Shown: piece by piece, positions 1 through 13,777 of the stretch
Layout of the letters: each line of letters begins with the position of its first letter
How positions within the stretch are numbered: the stretch's first letter is position 1
Origin: Paraspadella gotoi
Lineage: Eukaryota; Animalia; Chaetognatha
Length of the DNA: 40,849 nucleotides
Direction of reading: 5' to 3'
NCBI GenBank assembly: GCA_051294375.1
Contig: JBJCIZ010001220.1
Coordinates: 1-40,849 of the forward strand
Made by a program: the position numbers and the translations under genes
Notes under the pieces: model-generated
The model's database searches: none
What the model saw: only the letters and a program-made list of their open reading frames with translations
What the model was told of the DNA's origin: nothing

Positions 1-106
1 CTCTCTCTCTCTCTCTTTTTACAAAAATAACAAATTATTTCACTTTTTTTTACCACCGTTTTTTTTAAATATTCTTATTTCTTTCCTTCTAAAAACTTTA
101 CTAATA

Positions 107-1336
107 TTCGCCATTTTATTCGCGCTTCTTTCTCAATACAAAATCCCAAATTTACATCTGAGGGATTTTCGTGGTATTTTTATGGGAAAAATGTGAAGAA
201 TAACTTACTTGACCTGGATTTCGTGGCCGTTGCGGGGCAACGCGTAAACAATGTCGAGGACATGACCTATACGCGTTTTGATGGCAACGAACGTTAGTGT
301 ATAAAAAAATTCCAACTTGACCGAGAGTCACGCCGATTAAACAAGAGTGACCTAATTATTGCGTATTCGTGGCGGGAAAACTTTCTCTCTTCCTCTTTTC
401 TCTCTTCTCTCTCACAACTCCCTTCTTTTTTTTCACAGTAACGCGAAGTTTCCGGCTCTCTCTCCGCTCTCCTTATTCTTGGTTCTTCTATCCTGTCTCT
501 CTCTCTCTTCTCCTTCTTTCTATCTCTTTTTTGTACAAAAATAATTTTTAAGGTCACTTTTTTTTCACCACCGTCACTGCGCGATGAGTAAACGATTAAA
601 CGAGTTCCGGCTCTCTCTCTCATTTTTAAAAAAGGAAAAATAATTATTAATGCATGGCAATGTCACATGTTACATCAGCTTGCTGCTGTACATATACCTT
701 GCTATATGTTCAGCCAATTGCGCGGTTAAATTTAATTGCATATATAATTAAAAAAAAAAAAAAAATTTTTTGTTATCTTGTTATTACTGTAACTTTGGAC
801 CGGTCGGCCACTGATTAGGCAAATTATATCTAAAATAGGGTTGAGAAGAGAGATATAGTCAAATTAAAACATTACTGTTTTTGTTTATTCTAATAATTTT
901 TTACCATTTAAATTGTTAAATTTTTTTAGGTATATATTTAATTAATTTTTATCCTTTTAAATAATAATTATTTGAGTTGGGATAAATATTATAAATTAGT
1001 TAAATATGCGATATGAAATTTGACCTCGGTCTTTGGTTTCTTTCAAAGAAAAAAAAGAAACAAATCTAAAATTTCATTCAGATTAAAACTTTTTTAAGAT
1101 GAGGACATAAAATTTTTTGTAGTAAAAAAAATATTAGAAAGGAAACAAGTTGTACCCTACTCCAGATACGTCGAAAAAACGAGTTTCAGGCTTCTGCAGG
1201 GCGCGGGCCAGACTTCTCTCTATCTTTCATCTCTCTCTCTCTCTCTCTCTCTCTCTATTTATTCCGCCATTTATTCCGCGCTTTTTCTCAAAAACAAAAT
1301 TCCCAATACATCCGAGGATTTTCGTGGATTTTTTTT
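107..1336 (+). repeat. Two dispersed direct copies of about 75 bp (107-181 and 1262-1336)
   Basis: CGCCATTT(T)ATTC(C)GCGC...GATTTTCGTGG occurs at both sites, each downstream of a (CT)n tract. Confidence 0.65.
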
Positions 1337-1539
1337 TCTAAAAATTCCTGGATTGTTATTCTGTATATCAACTAACGATAGTGAAACTGACCAGCCTCTC
1401 TCCTCTTTCTCTCTCTCTCTCTCTTTTCATTCATTTACACGGGCATTTTGTTTGTTTATTTTACGATGAATGATTCAAATCGCCGTCAATGAATGACTTA
1501 ATCATCGCATCAATGCATGGATATCATACATATCAAGAA

Positions 1540-1865
1540 TAGATATGCAGTAGTTTCGCCCGTCCGTGCATTTCTTATATATTTTTATATCGATCGATAG
1601 GAAAATTGATGTCAATAATGCGCATGCAAATTTTCAAGTCAATCGGTCACGCGTTTAAAAATGGCAGGCAAAAAACCCGCCTGTTTTTCATCCTCTTCGC
1701 AAAACAGCATATTCCCGCGACGAAAAAATAATTTTTTTGGTTCCACTTAAACGTTTTGAACAGCGCTCGCTTCTGTAGTATTTTTATATTTAGCCGCGAA
1801 GATCGGAGCGGGAGAAGGCCGGTAACTAAAAATGCCGTTTGCGTCCTAATTTGAATTTTTAAAAA
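1540..1865 (+). repeat. DNA-transposon terminus-like repeat (copy 1 of an inverted pair)
   Basis: TAGATATGCA...; about 320 bp similar to the reverse complement of 11925-12253. Confidence 0.7.
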
Positions 1866-2739
1866 AAACATTCAAATGGCCAAATAATGCTTAATTACAA
1901 AACGAAGTTATAAGATAAATGAATTCCAATCAATTAATAATAAATCAAGAATGTGTGATGTAGCAAGGACAATGGATTTTAAAATTCAACAAACCCAAAC
2001 ATTGGTCATCAAATCCTCTTTCCGAATTTACAGATCAGCGAATCTCTTCTCGCTCCATCAGTACACAAGTGCAAATGCGTGAATGAGAAGCTATACCGAT
2101 TTCCTGAGGTTTTAATCAATGCTCCGTAAGGGAACAGTAAAAACAACCCAAGATCACCTTTATTTTACAGAAAAGCTATTTAAATTTTTCTGTTACTCGT
2201 GAATAATAATTAGCAGCCGAACATAGAGGTGGGACATTAATGGTTTAGGGTTTCAGTTAGGATAATGTTAGAATCGCGGGGATAAAATAGGGTGCATGGA
2301 TTAGCCGTTAGAGGATAATGATTAAGTGAGGAATTAGTACTAACACAAAAAAACTTTATTGATAAAAACTACATTTGTCTCATAAACTACGCTACGGGTG
2401 TTACGGAAGGAAAAATCTGGCGGTCAGGATCGGGATCAACCGAAACGACGATGATTAATTTTAAAGATGGAGGAAGTAGTTGCGACGGTTGAATAGCGAC
2501 GACGAAAGCGTGACATATGAAGCCGACAAAGCAGCAAAAGAGACGAGTTTTGTGCGTGTGTTTAAGTCCGCTGCTTCAGGCAGATGCCAAACCTCTTGTG
2601 GGAGGGCGGAAAACCGACCTCACTGGTCAACCTCGACGTCCTCTTGCAGGCGTTCTTTTGGTCCTATCATCGACAGGCTTCCGGGAGCTCAGAGAAGAGA
2701 TTCTCGCGCTCAGCGCCCTCCTTCCCACCACCTTAAGCT

Positions 2740-3712
2740 CGGCCTCAATCTTATCGGGCCATTCACTATATATCATGTTCAGAACATCAAATTATGATAA
2801 ATTAATGCAAAAAAAAAGATTACGTCCGTCCGTCTGTCTGTCCGTCCATTCTACCTTAGCAAAAAACTTCAATTGCTCGTGTATTCGGATGGTGGATTGG
2901 AATGAAATTTTGTGTGTGGGGTAGAAGAGTGTGATTGCTGCTGGATTTTTTGAAGTTTCGATGGAATCGTGCGAGTAGAAATGAGTTTAAATGAAAAAAC
3001 AAAAAAAATCTATTTCACTGTGTTGAACGTCAATAACTTCATGTGTGACGGGGTGATTGACTTGAAATTGTATGTGGGTAGGAAAGTGTTATGATTAAGC
3101 CTGGAAATAAAGTTTCGATGGAATTGTCTTAGTGAAAATTGAGTTTAAATTGAAAAAAAACAAAAAACCTGTTTTCCACTAATTTGATTATGCTTCTTTT
3201 CTTTTTTATATTATATGTAAATTGCAAGATGTATTAATTAACAATAAGTTTAATAAATTAATTAATCAATTAGTCAATTAATTAAATAAATCTTAATATT
3301 TAGTTATCTATTAATTAGTAATTCAATCAATCAATTTGTTTATAAATTAATTAATTATTTAATCAAATCAATTTCAAGTCAATCGTTATTGGCATTATTA
3401 TCATCGTCCCCCGCCGATTATCGTTAGTTGCTTTTTGTTCTGATCATGACAAAAAGAGCCTAAAAACAAAACATTTAAATCAAATTAATTAATTAATTAA
3501 TATAATATATAAACTAAAATAATTAATTTAATTATGCAATTAATTATTTTTGATTGAATGTTTGTTTTTAGTCTTTTTGTCACTGATCACGACAAACACA
3601 GCAACGGACGACGATGGCGAAGACGACAATAATAACAATTATTATTTTTAGTTTATATTAATTACCGCTAATGATCGTGGGCAGGTCCGAAACTTGTTTG
3701 TCCAAACTTGTT
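2740..3712 (+). mobile_element. Helentron-associated (HINE/DINE-1-like) non-autonomous element
   Basis: GTCC/GTCT microsatellite at about 2824-2847, two internal tandem units of about 120 bp, and a 3' end GGGCAGGTCCGAAACTTGTTTGTCCAAACTTGTT shared with 10051-10649. Confidence 0.55.
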
Positions 3713-4001
3713 GATAATGAATAACATAAAATAAGATTATCCCAAACTCACATTGTACTAATTTGAATAGCGAGGGGGCACAGAAGATACGGATACTAGT
3801 TTTCAGCTACTGACGCGCCTTATCCACTTATCTTATTGAATCCTATGCTGCACTCACTGATCTTGTGGGCTAAAAATAAATTTTGATGTCAGATTAAAAT
3901 ATTTAGTTTTAATAACTCTTAATTTTCAACAAGTTTAATAAATTTTAAGGGTGTTTAATTAAGGCTAAGGACAGTGTTATATTCTTCTTTAAAATTTTAA
4001 G

Positions 4002-4155
4002 TTATTAGAAGAAAAAGTTTGAAATGAATTTTCACAACGATTTATTTTTAAATAAAAAAACGGACATGTTCGGCTTAACGACAGCCGAAAACATGTCCGT
4101 TTTTTATTAAAAATTAAAATCGTTGTTGAAAATTCATTTCAAACTATTCTAATAA
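4002..4155. repeat. Foldback palindrome of about 150 bp
   Basis: Arms AGTTTGAAATGAATTTTC...CGGACATGTT and AACATGTCCG...GAAAATTCATTTCAAACT around a short loop. Confidence 0.85.
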
Positions 4156-6159
4156 TATTACACAACGAAAGAAGGATTATACCACAAATTTTAAGTTAAA
4201 ATGTTCAAAAAACTTTTGACGCGGTAAGAGGGAATTTAAGCTAAAATAGCCCGTCGAGTTGGGTGAAGTGAAAGTTTGAGTCAAAATTCAGCAGTTATCT
4301 ATCTTGAAACTATTCATATTTAGTGAATATTAATCTATAGTTATTTTCTTTTTACAAATATTAAATAGCCAGTCAGCTTATATATGTCAAAATTTAAAAA
4401 TATTTATTTTTTTTTTAGAATTCTGAGAAACAGATTCAGATTCCTCGGTTAAAAGTAGTAAAAGAATATATAAAATCCTTTATCAAAAATTATGTCATTA
4501 AATAGGTTAAAATTTTTTACAAATATATATTAGTAGATATGTCGCTTCGCGAAGAAAAAAAATTCGAGCGATCGAAATTTTTTCAGCTTTTTTTGGTTCA
4601 TGACGAAAGTTGCACCGTAGCGCTTTAAATTACTTGCCAACTACGAAATGGTTTTTGATAGTACATGGTTTTAGTATCTTAAATCGGTGGAAACAACATA
4701 AATCAATAAATAGTTTAGTGTATTTAATAAGCCATTTTAAAACGCATTACTCCGCGAGCAGTGTTTTCCTTGTGATTTGTCTTTTTTTCGTATTTTACTG
4801 TAAATACTAAGGAATATTTTTAAATTCATTACAAGTTTCCTACTCTAAGCCAATCATTGAACTCATTTCTAAAGCAAAAAAGACTATAAATAATGGTCCT
4901 GGTACAAAATTGAGCATTTTAAAACCGGTTCTCTACTCGAAAATGTCCGTTCATTGCTATATTTTACAATATTTGCACCTGATCCTAACAAATAAATTAA
5001 AAAATGTTATTAGTATTTGAACCTCTAACGTCCGAGGTATCTTCCCTTGCGGGAACAAAGAAAATCAGTAAAGGTCTTGACATGAAACAAAGCCAGTAAA
5101 ACATAATACTACATTTAAGAATTTACATCATGTTCAACTATCGCTCGTCTAGTGCTTGTGATAAAAGTTGAATTTATCACAAAACATATAATTAGCTTAG
5201 TGTCTTGCCAAGCGGTTAAACTCTTTAGCTTATTAAAATTATCTTATTAAAAAGTCCTAAACTCACTTTTAGTGGAGGCATTAATTTGCACCTGAAGACG
5301 ACGTTAACTGATCATTATTATTTGATATTTAGATAGTACACGATCTGAACTTTCCAAATCTGGGGGAACAAAGGCGTAGTTTTCATGGTTTCATTGTTAA
5401 ATTTATTATTTAATGGAGCTGGTCCGCAGAAATCGCGCTTGTTTTCGCTCCTCGTCGCTCCTCGTCGCTACTAGTCGCTTTCGAAATTTTTACACCGCTA
5501 AACATTCTAATGCGCGGTCAGGTCCGCGTTCAAAACCAAATTACTCGTGTTATCGTGTCTCAATATCACTTTTCTAAGTTGCCATGGAAATTTCTCGACC
5601 CTTTTCGTTCGTCACGTGTTTTTTTTTTAAATTTTCATTTTCCGCTCCGCCAAGGTCGCCGTCACCGCCATCGTCTTGTGAAAAACGTGTGAAAGAACCC
5701 CCTCCTCGACCTAGCGGAGAGGGAGAAGACGTCGGGACAGAAACCACCCTCAAACCCGGGGGGGGGCGGCGGCGCCAGAAAGTTAGATGGTAGATGGTAG
5801 TCGGACTTTACACATGAAAACATTTGAAAACCGCTGAAATAAACTTCTTCCAACGCCTCTCTGTGGCTTTCTTAATTTTCATTTTCCGCGCCGCGATGAC
5901 CGCCGCAGCCGCGACGAAACGAAAAAATCCATCAGAAATTTGACACTTGTCTAATGTCTAGTGTCACATTTGTACCATGATGGGAAAAAAATTGTTACAG
6001 CAAACATTTAATTTTTTTTAAATATTTTTAATTCAAAAAATATTATTAAAATTTTTAATAAAAAGATTATTATTTTTATTAGGATTGATTCGATGATAAA
6101 TTTTAATTCTATATCCATTGTATTATTTTCTCTCTTTTCATTGCTAAGTGAATATTAAG

Positions 6160-6280
6160 AAATGTTTATTGAGTGCTAATACAACGATTTTTATTATCAA
6201 TAGTATTATGAAACATGTAACGAAACGAAATATGTACTATTGATAATAAAAATCGTTATATTAGCACTCAATAAACATTT
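6160..6280. repeat. Foldback palindrome of about 120 bp
   Basis: AAATGTTTATTGAGTGCTAAT...TCAATAGTA and TACTATTGA...ATTAGCACTCAATAAACATTT. Confidence 0.85.
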
Positions 6281-7990
6281 TCTAAAATTTTATATCAAAA
6301 AAATAATAGTATTAAAAATAAAAAATGTAAAAATTTTTGATGTTTTATAAATAAAATAAATATTTTTTTATCTTTGGATATATTAATAATATCGAGTTTT
6401 GATTGAAAGCTTGCAGGGACCTGTTATATTATTATTTTGTAAATATGATAAAAGCTTTAAACTATTAAATGAATGGATAGGTTTTATATTTTTAATATTA
6501 ATTTTACAAAAAAAATTAAAATTTTGTAAAAAATATAAAATTATATTTATTATTTTTTGTGACAGCTTTGCTTTTGCAGCTTTTAAAGCATTCAAAAATA
6601 AAAAAAAATATTTGGGTGATTAAATAAGGATATTTAAATGTGAGATATGATTAACTATTTTAAAAAATATTTTGTTATATATAATCTTGGGAACCAATAA
6701 TAAAATATAATATATTTATATAAATGAGTGGGATAAAAAAAATAAATATATTTATAACTGTTTTAAAAACTTAATGCAAAATTTTTATTGTATTATAATT
6801 TTAACAAATACGATTCGCCGACAATTAGGCGATTTTATTTTGTGAACAATTAGATTTGAAGTCAAATAATTATTTATCATTTTAAAAAAATCTGAATAAA
6901 TCTATCTCAATTCAGTTAAGTAACGGCCAAGAAAGAAACCTTCGTTTTATCGGCATTTGGGCTCATGGGATAAAAAAAATTAAGATAATATAATTTTTTT
7001 AATATTTGTTATAATATTTATTTATTATATTAATGATTAAATAATAATTTATAATTATTACAATTAATTATTTAAAGATATGATATAAAGTTTTTAGTTT
7101 TGCAAACGAATTTTATTTATATAAAGAAGATATGTTTCGATGCTTTTTCAAACTTTTTATATAAAGTAAAATTTGTTGTAAACTAAAAACTTTGTCAATC
7201 TCTAAACATTTCAAACAACGGAAAAAAAAGATTAAGTTAACATATATATAATTAATATAAAATTTATTATCTAATATATAATTTATTTTACCTTTGATTT
7301 TAAATAGATTTTGGTGGTTTAAAGCTTCCATCCACTTTTATAAAAAATAATGACATAAGGTTAAGCATAAATTAAAGAATTAAATTTAAGTTAAAAAACC
7401 GGCGCCAATTTATTTTTTCCATTATGGATAGATTCATTTTCCATCGAATTAAAAACTAAAATTCCACGTGCTCTTTCCGCGGCCGTCATTACATCGTCTT
7501 AGACGTTACATCGTCTTCGTGTCACCCTCTTCAGTTTTAGGACCTTAACTGGGCAGCGTCGAATCGTGTAAGTCCATAAACTTGGTTCCTTTTGGTTTAA
7601 ATTCTTTGCATTTTATTTCTATATGTATACACATTCTCAGGTGAGGCCGTAGAAAAATGCTTCACGCCCCTTCAATGACTCCATTTTAATCTCGGCCTTT
7701 TTTGGGGGGATAGCGCAAGGTATATTTTTTTGTTTTTCCATTTACATAAAATCCCTCACATCTAAGTTATTTTTTCGGTTACTGTGCCACTTTTTTTAAA
7801 TTTAGGTTTATTCTGAACTTAGTAGTAATCGATTTGTGATAGTTTAAGGTTAGGGGTGGTTAGTGTTGAAAGGGTTATGGGTTAGGGTAATTAGGTAATA
7901 TTTATTAAAATTTGTTTTTAAAAAGAAGTATTTTTAAGTGTTTTTTCAAAAGCCGCCAAAACGTGCGGTCGGCGAAAGTAAAATTTATCC

Positions 7991-8243
7991 GATTATTATT
8001 CTCCTCTTTGATCTTAATGTGGCGCTTTCCATTTTTAAACCACTTTGAAAATAAAAATCCTTGTTGAAATTATTTAATAAAACTTTTCACTAAATCAGTT
8101 TTTGTAAAGTTAACTAATATTGTCCTCAAAAAAGGATTATTATTCTCCTCTTCGATCTTAATGCAATGCTTTCCATTTTTAAATCACTTTGAAAATGAAA
8201 ATCCTTGTTGAAATTATTTAAAACTTTTCACTAAATCAGTTTT
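7991..8243 (+). repeat. Tandem duplication of about 110 bp
   Basis: GATTATTATTCTCCTCTT...CTAAATCAGTTTT at 7991-8102 and 8135-8243. Confidence 0.85.
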
Positions 8244-9008
8244 ATTAATTCTCTCTCTCTCTCTCTCCAGAACATCGGATTATGCGAAGACATCCGCATC
8301 ATCCGCCATAGAGTTCGTCCGCGCTGTGTTCTTCGCCTTCTCCCTTTTTGCATTGGTCTCACTCGCGGATGCAATGACGGCAGCCATCGACGTGCTCAAT
8401 GCTGTTCACCTCTCAGCGTCATCTTTAGACGACAGCGATCACCATCTTTTGAGCATCGCCCTCATCGCCATCCGGTCTGTCCGGCGTCACATAAGGTCGG
8501 AGACGGCGAGTCCAGAATTAACTCAGTCTCCTCAGCCTGCCCCTCCGCCGCCTCCTCGACTCAAACCGCGACCAGGGCCAGCTCCGCGACCTCAATTAAT
8601 ACCGCTTGTACCTCGACCAGCACCACATCCTTTTTGGCCGCCATTTCCGCCTCCTCAGCCGGCACCTCCGCCTCCTTGGCTGCAACCAACAGTCGCTTCC
8701 CAGCTGGCGCCGCCATCATTCCCCAGATGGGCGGCAACTAGACAAAAATCTTACGCGGCGCCCTGCTTGGAGGCGCCAACTGCCGCCGCCATGAACAGAA
8801 AAACGTCATGACTGGAGTCTCAGACAACGCCCTCCACAACGCCAAGAAGACTTTTTTCTGGGGGCGGGGATATGGCGACAAAGGTTTTGCCACCACGAAG
8901 TTGATCCTAGTTGGTCCCTGTATGGTAGCGTGGGAAGCAAGTTACTGACCAATTTAAGGCGTAGTGAAAGTTGCAGATCAAAATTTGAATAGTTGTTCAT
9001 GATGAGTC

Positions 9009-9478
9009 TTGTACTAAAGAACATTTTATATAAAAAAAAAATTTTTTAGTTTCTCAATTTTCGCTTACGCCCATATTTATACATAGTACTTACCATAGAA
9101 AATGTCAAAATTGTTTTTCAGTTTTGAAAGCAGATTCGAATTCCCCATAAGAAGTTGATAAAAGAAAATATAAGTCTTAATCAAAATTCTTTCATTAAGT
9201 TAGCTGAAAATTAAAAAAAATATATTTTTATACTAAAATTAAATTATAAGTTAACTATAACAGTTTTTTAGGATTTTTACCCACTTAATGAAATAATTTT
9301 CTAAAAAGAGTTATATTTCCTTTCATCAGCTTTTTGTGAGAAATTCGAATCTGCTTTCAAAAATAAAAAAAAAACATTTTAAAATTTTAACATTTTCAAT
9401 GGTTAGTACTATGTATAAATATGGGCGTATGCGAAAATGAAAAAAACAGTATATTTAAAAATGTTGACAGGTACAACT
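9009..9478. mobile_element. MITE-like foldback element
   Basis: 9057-9143 is the inverse complement of about 9342-9439 (TACGCCCATATTTATACATAGTACT / AGTACTATGTATAAATATGGGCGTA). Boundaries are approximate. Confidence 0.7.
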
Positions 9479-10050
9479 TGATTTTAATATTTTTGCTACA
9501 CTTTACTGAACTTCGACCTACCTCTCTCTCTCTCTTGGTAAGTGCCTCGCTCTCCCTCGGCAGTCTCTCTTAGTCTCTCAACGATTGAACATGTGTCTGT
9601 CAATAACTATTGTGAAATAAATGTATTTATGTGCCTCTACATATATTTCTTCATATTAACTTTTCATGATGAATCCAAATCTGCAAAAAAATCTTACAAA
9701 ATCTATTTTAAAATTGTAACATTTATTGGATTAGAACTAGTATAAATACTGCGTAAATTGTAAAATTTATTATAAAATGTTTTTATACATAAATGTTCAT
9801 TAGTATAATGTTGTTCGTTCCTCACTTTTAGAATTTTAATTAAAGTTAAATTTAAAATTTTTACTATGCTTTAATGGTCCCAATGCCCAACTACAGATAG
9901 TGAAAGTAAAGAAAAATAGGAATATACTAGTAGTAGTAGTAGTATTATTACTACAAAGAAATATTGTCTCAGGATCAGAAAGTAAAGGAAGCATATTCTT
10001 AGTTATATTTGGTTGTTTTACTTTTCATAGAATTAATGAACCACGAGACC

Positions 10051-10649
10051 TTTTTAGTCAGATCTGCTTATTAGCAGATCCCGACTCTATAATTCACTTT
10101 GTCGGTCCGCTCTCTCAATATTGTCGGGCAACCGCATATATGTCAGAATATCAAATTATGATAAATTATGTACCTTAGTAAAAAAGTCCTATTACTCGTG
10201 ATCGGATGGATGGATTGGAATGATATTTTGTGTCTGGGTAGGGAAGTGTGTGATTGAGCTGGATATGAAGTTTCGATGGAATCGTCCAAGTGGAAAGGAG
10301 TTTAAATGGAAAAAACAAAAAAATATATTTCACTATTTGAACACAAATTACTCATGAGTGGAAGGGGCGATTGACCTGAAATTTTGTATGTGGGTAGGAA
10401 AGTGTGTGATTTAGCTGGAAATTAAGTTTTGATGGAATTATTGGAGTGGAAATGAGTTTAATAATCAATTAATTAATTCATTAATTAATTCATTAATCAA
10501 TAATTAATTAATCAATCTAAACAAACATTTGGGATCAAATTCATTATTAATTGCTTAATTCATTAACTTGAATTGATTAATTATTAATTAATTTATTAAT
10601 TATCGATAATGATCGTGGGCAGATCCGACATTGTTTGCTCAAACATGTT
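10051..10649 (+). mobile_element. Helentron-associated (HINE/DINE-1-like) element, same family as 2740-3712
   Basis: 5' TTTTTAGTC, short inverted repeat, GACTCTATA; the same tandem units of about 120 bp; 3' end ...CAAACATGTT. Confidence 0.6.
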
Positions 10650-11035
10650 AAAGTAAAGATTGACGTTATCATGTGAAAATATGTGCATATAAGTGACTGC
10701 GCTGCAACGTTAAATTATTTCAGTTGCTCGTTGTTAAAATCTAACTCTTTATCTTCATCCTAATGTTATTACAATTTTTATTTTGTTCTATTGTATATTG
10801 TTAATTAAAAAAAATGTATCAAATTAATAGAAATGTTATAAATTCTAAGCTATCAAAAAGCTTACAAATGTAGTTTAGGTACAGATTTGTCCTATTTTAA
10901 AAAGCTTGTTTGTACTTTGCCACATAATTAGTTTATACATACATGTATCGTTGGCCGTTATGCAGATGTTAATAATCATAGATACGTAATTACGTATTCG
11001 GCTAACTCTACTATTGCAACATTCGTTAGTGCTAG

Positions 11036-11308
11036 TGTTAGGAGGAGAGTTACGAGTGATTAAAGTAAACACTGAAGAGACATTAATTATTGTTATGTGT
11101 TAGTGACAAAACGTTCAATATAAGCAGTCCCTGAGCTTCGGATCAGGCTGTAACACTATGTTACAGGCGGGTTAAGCGCCCGTCCCTCTTAACTGCTAGG
11201 CGACCACCGGGCTAGAACACCGGACCTTTGGGTTGGGAGGCGAATGGACTTGCCTCCGGCACCAATGGCCGCTGATGAACGGTTGGTGGATTTTAGTCCA
11301 CCATAACA
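11036..11308 (-). repeat. Solo-LTR-like copy with a tRNA-like cloverleaf (copy 1)
   Basis: Minus strand reads TGTTATGGTGGAC...CCTAACA; matches 21799-22050. No clean TSD, and the left boundary is uncertain. Confidence 0.65.
11199..11272 (-). ncRNA. tRNA-derived (Gly-CCC-like) sequence within an LTR-like repeat, probably not a functional tRNA
   Basis: Acceptor stem GCGGCCA/TGGTCGC, loop CTCCCAA, T-arm/B-box-like CCGG(T)G-TTCTAG-CCCGG. The anticodon stem is mismatched. Second copy at about 21834-21906. Confidence 0.55.
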
Positions 11309-11924
11309 CTTTGTTGCCCGGCAAGTTCGAAAATAGGTTTTAGCATATGGACGATAAGACGAATGTAGAGAAAAGTTTTTAAGCTGTGATTTATAAAACT
11401 GTACCTGACCAAGATACGGAAAAAAATGAATACGAGCTATGTCTATAGCCAAACTTTAAATTTCTATTCTTGCCAAACATATATGTTTGTGCCTCTGTAG
11501 TTTCGATCACGTTGGCTGACTTTAGTTCTTATTTAAATAACGTTCAGTTTTTGGAACAGGTTGGCGAGTTTATTTATCAACAAACAATTTGGCGACGAGG
11601 AACGGAGATAAAATGTTTGTTTCATAAAAACGAGGTGTGAAATTAATTCTTTAATTTCGAAAACTTTTCCCTATTATTTGGGCCGTCTCGATCGCGATGT
11701 CGTCCGCCGGTGACTCCGCGGACGTTGAACTTTCATTCCGCGCGGGAACGCACGCGTCGGCCGCCACGAGCGTCAAAACAATATATTTATTATTTTTTTC
11801 ATCATTTCGTTAGAAAAGGATAGAAAATTATCGTATAGAAAAGTTGAGTTTTTCTCTTATTTGATCTGCAAATTCATTGATATTAAATTCGTTTTAAATT
11901 GACTTCATTATCCCATGTTATCAG

Positions 11925-12253
11925 ACTTTTTAAATATAATCCAAATATAAGAGGACCCGAACGCGCATTTTTAGTTTACCGCATTCTCCGCTCGATCATT
12001 CGCGGCTTAAATAAAAATAACTACGAAGCGAGCGCTAGTTCAACGTTTAGTGGAACCAAAAAAAATTATTTTTCGATCGCGAATTGTTTTTGCGAAGAGG
12101 ATGAAAAAATGGCGGGTTTTTGCCTGCCATTTTCTAAACGCGGTTGGCCGATTGACTTGAATTTTGCATGCGCAATATTGACATCATTTCCTATCGATCG
12201 ATATAAAAATATATAAGAAAATTCCACGGACGGCGAAACTACATGCATATCTA
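11925..12253 (-). repeat. DNA-transposon terminus-like repeat (copy 2 of an inverted pair)
   Basis: Ends ...TGCATATCTA; inverted match to 1540-1865; no matching TSD. Confidence 0.7.
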
Positions 12254-12517
12254 AAAAGAGGGATTTGGAATTTTGGAGAAAATTAAAGAAGAAAGAAGAA
12301 AGAACGAAAGAAAGAGAATGGAAGAAGTAAATGAGAGATAAAAATGAATAATGAAACAGAAAGAACAGAAATATGAAGAGAGAAATAGATGAAGTGAAGA
12401 AAAAAAAAGGAGAAATTGAGGAATAAAGTGGCGACGTGCCGCGCTCGGCAGTCGCCTCAATACTCTATATTCCAATAAAAGGCGCACTGCGTCGGCCGAC
12501 CTTAAGTCTTCGCCGCG

Positions 12518-12616
12518 CTTTTTAGTTGCGCCGCGAGTACACGCCGGAGCAACTCTATAGTTACTTTTCGGTCGGTCTGTCGGTTGGTCGGTATGTCTGT
12601 CCGTCGGTCTGTCCCC
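12518..12616 (+). repeat. 5' end of another HINE-like element
   Basis: TTTTTAGTTGC...GCAACTCTATA inverted repeat followed by a GTCG/GTCT microsatellite. Confidence 0.45.
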
Positions 12617-13740
12617 TTACGTTAAAATGCATATAATTTGCCTATAATATAATATAATATAAATAAATATAATATATAATTTCGCTCTTTGTTAACAGAA
12701 TAAAACCTCAAATCTGAGGGACTGGCTGCTAGGTGCCTAAACTAAAAGAATAAAAGACGGAATTTTGATGCAGTGCATGTCAAAAATATACGGGCTAAGA
12801 AAGTTATTGTAGTCAGTAGTCAGTTTTATCTCACGTCACGTCATGTCATGTCATGTCACGAGAAACACACGTGATAAGGCAGTCACCGCGACGCCAACAT
12901 ATTTGAATTACCGTTCTTGTACTTTAAAAATAAGCCTGGAAATTTAAAGCGGAAAGCCCTAAATTTCCACGAGCCACCGGTACCCCCATGTCTTCCTCTT
13001 TCACTTTTGAAATTTCTCAAACTATTTCTCCGCCCGAACATAACGGAACATGCCCTAACTCTATCCTTGTACTTCTTCGTGGCCGTAAGTGATTTCGATA
13101 TTCCTCGATCGCGGATTTCAGAGACAGGCGCGTCAAAACGACTCTTGATGGCCGAGGAAACCGTAACGATGCAAAGTACCGTCCGCAATGAATGAATATT
13201 AAATATGCCCTTTGCCAAGAGAAACTCTTCACGTGTCGGTCGTTAATAATGAATTCCCGAATCGGACCCAATTTTGCTCACCAAAGCCGGCAAAAATCAG
13301 CGGACGAAAGAGTGAAACGAAACGAAAACAAGAAGAAACAAAAAAACAAAAAGAACAAAACTGCAAAAACAAACCATGGCAAAACGGCCATGGGCGCAAT
13401 AACTTCATGAAAAAACGCAAATTGTTGGAGCAAATAGAAGCAAAAAAAAAAAAATATCAAGTTACTTTGGATGAAATAAGATCATTTGTTTTATAGACTC
13501 GTTGACGGCCGCGAGAAAATATCGATTTGTTACGCCAATCCTACGAAGAGAAAAAGGAAAAAGCAAAAAAATCGTCCTTCGACGTTTTTACTTGATTTCA
13601 CCTGGCGGTTGAAAAAAAAAAAAACCGAAAAAAATCCAGCGTGGCCTTAGTACGAGTGAAATTTTATATTTACGTCTTCCCGATGATTTTAACGGCTTTT
13701 ATGTTTTAAAAAAGATTATCGCAAAGCCGAAACAATAAGA

Positions 13741-13777
<37 letters not shown>

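Noticed and set aside
294-1341. ER-rich and SL-rich ORFs here and at 15693-16129 and 18865-19275
   Set aside because: Products of (CT)n/(AG)n microsatellites.
2480-2924. GC-rich island with short ORFs (also 12883-13496)
   Set aside because: No recognisable motif in any frame, so no product call can be supported.
11170-11252. GGCGAATGGAC resembling the 3' end of an HDV-like ribozyme
   Set aside because: I could not build P1/P3/L3; the opposite-strand tRNA-like fold explains the sequence better.
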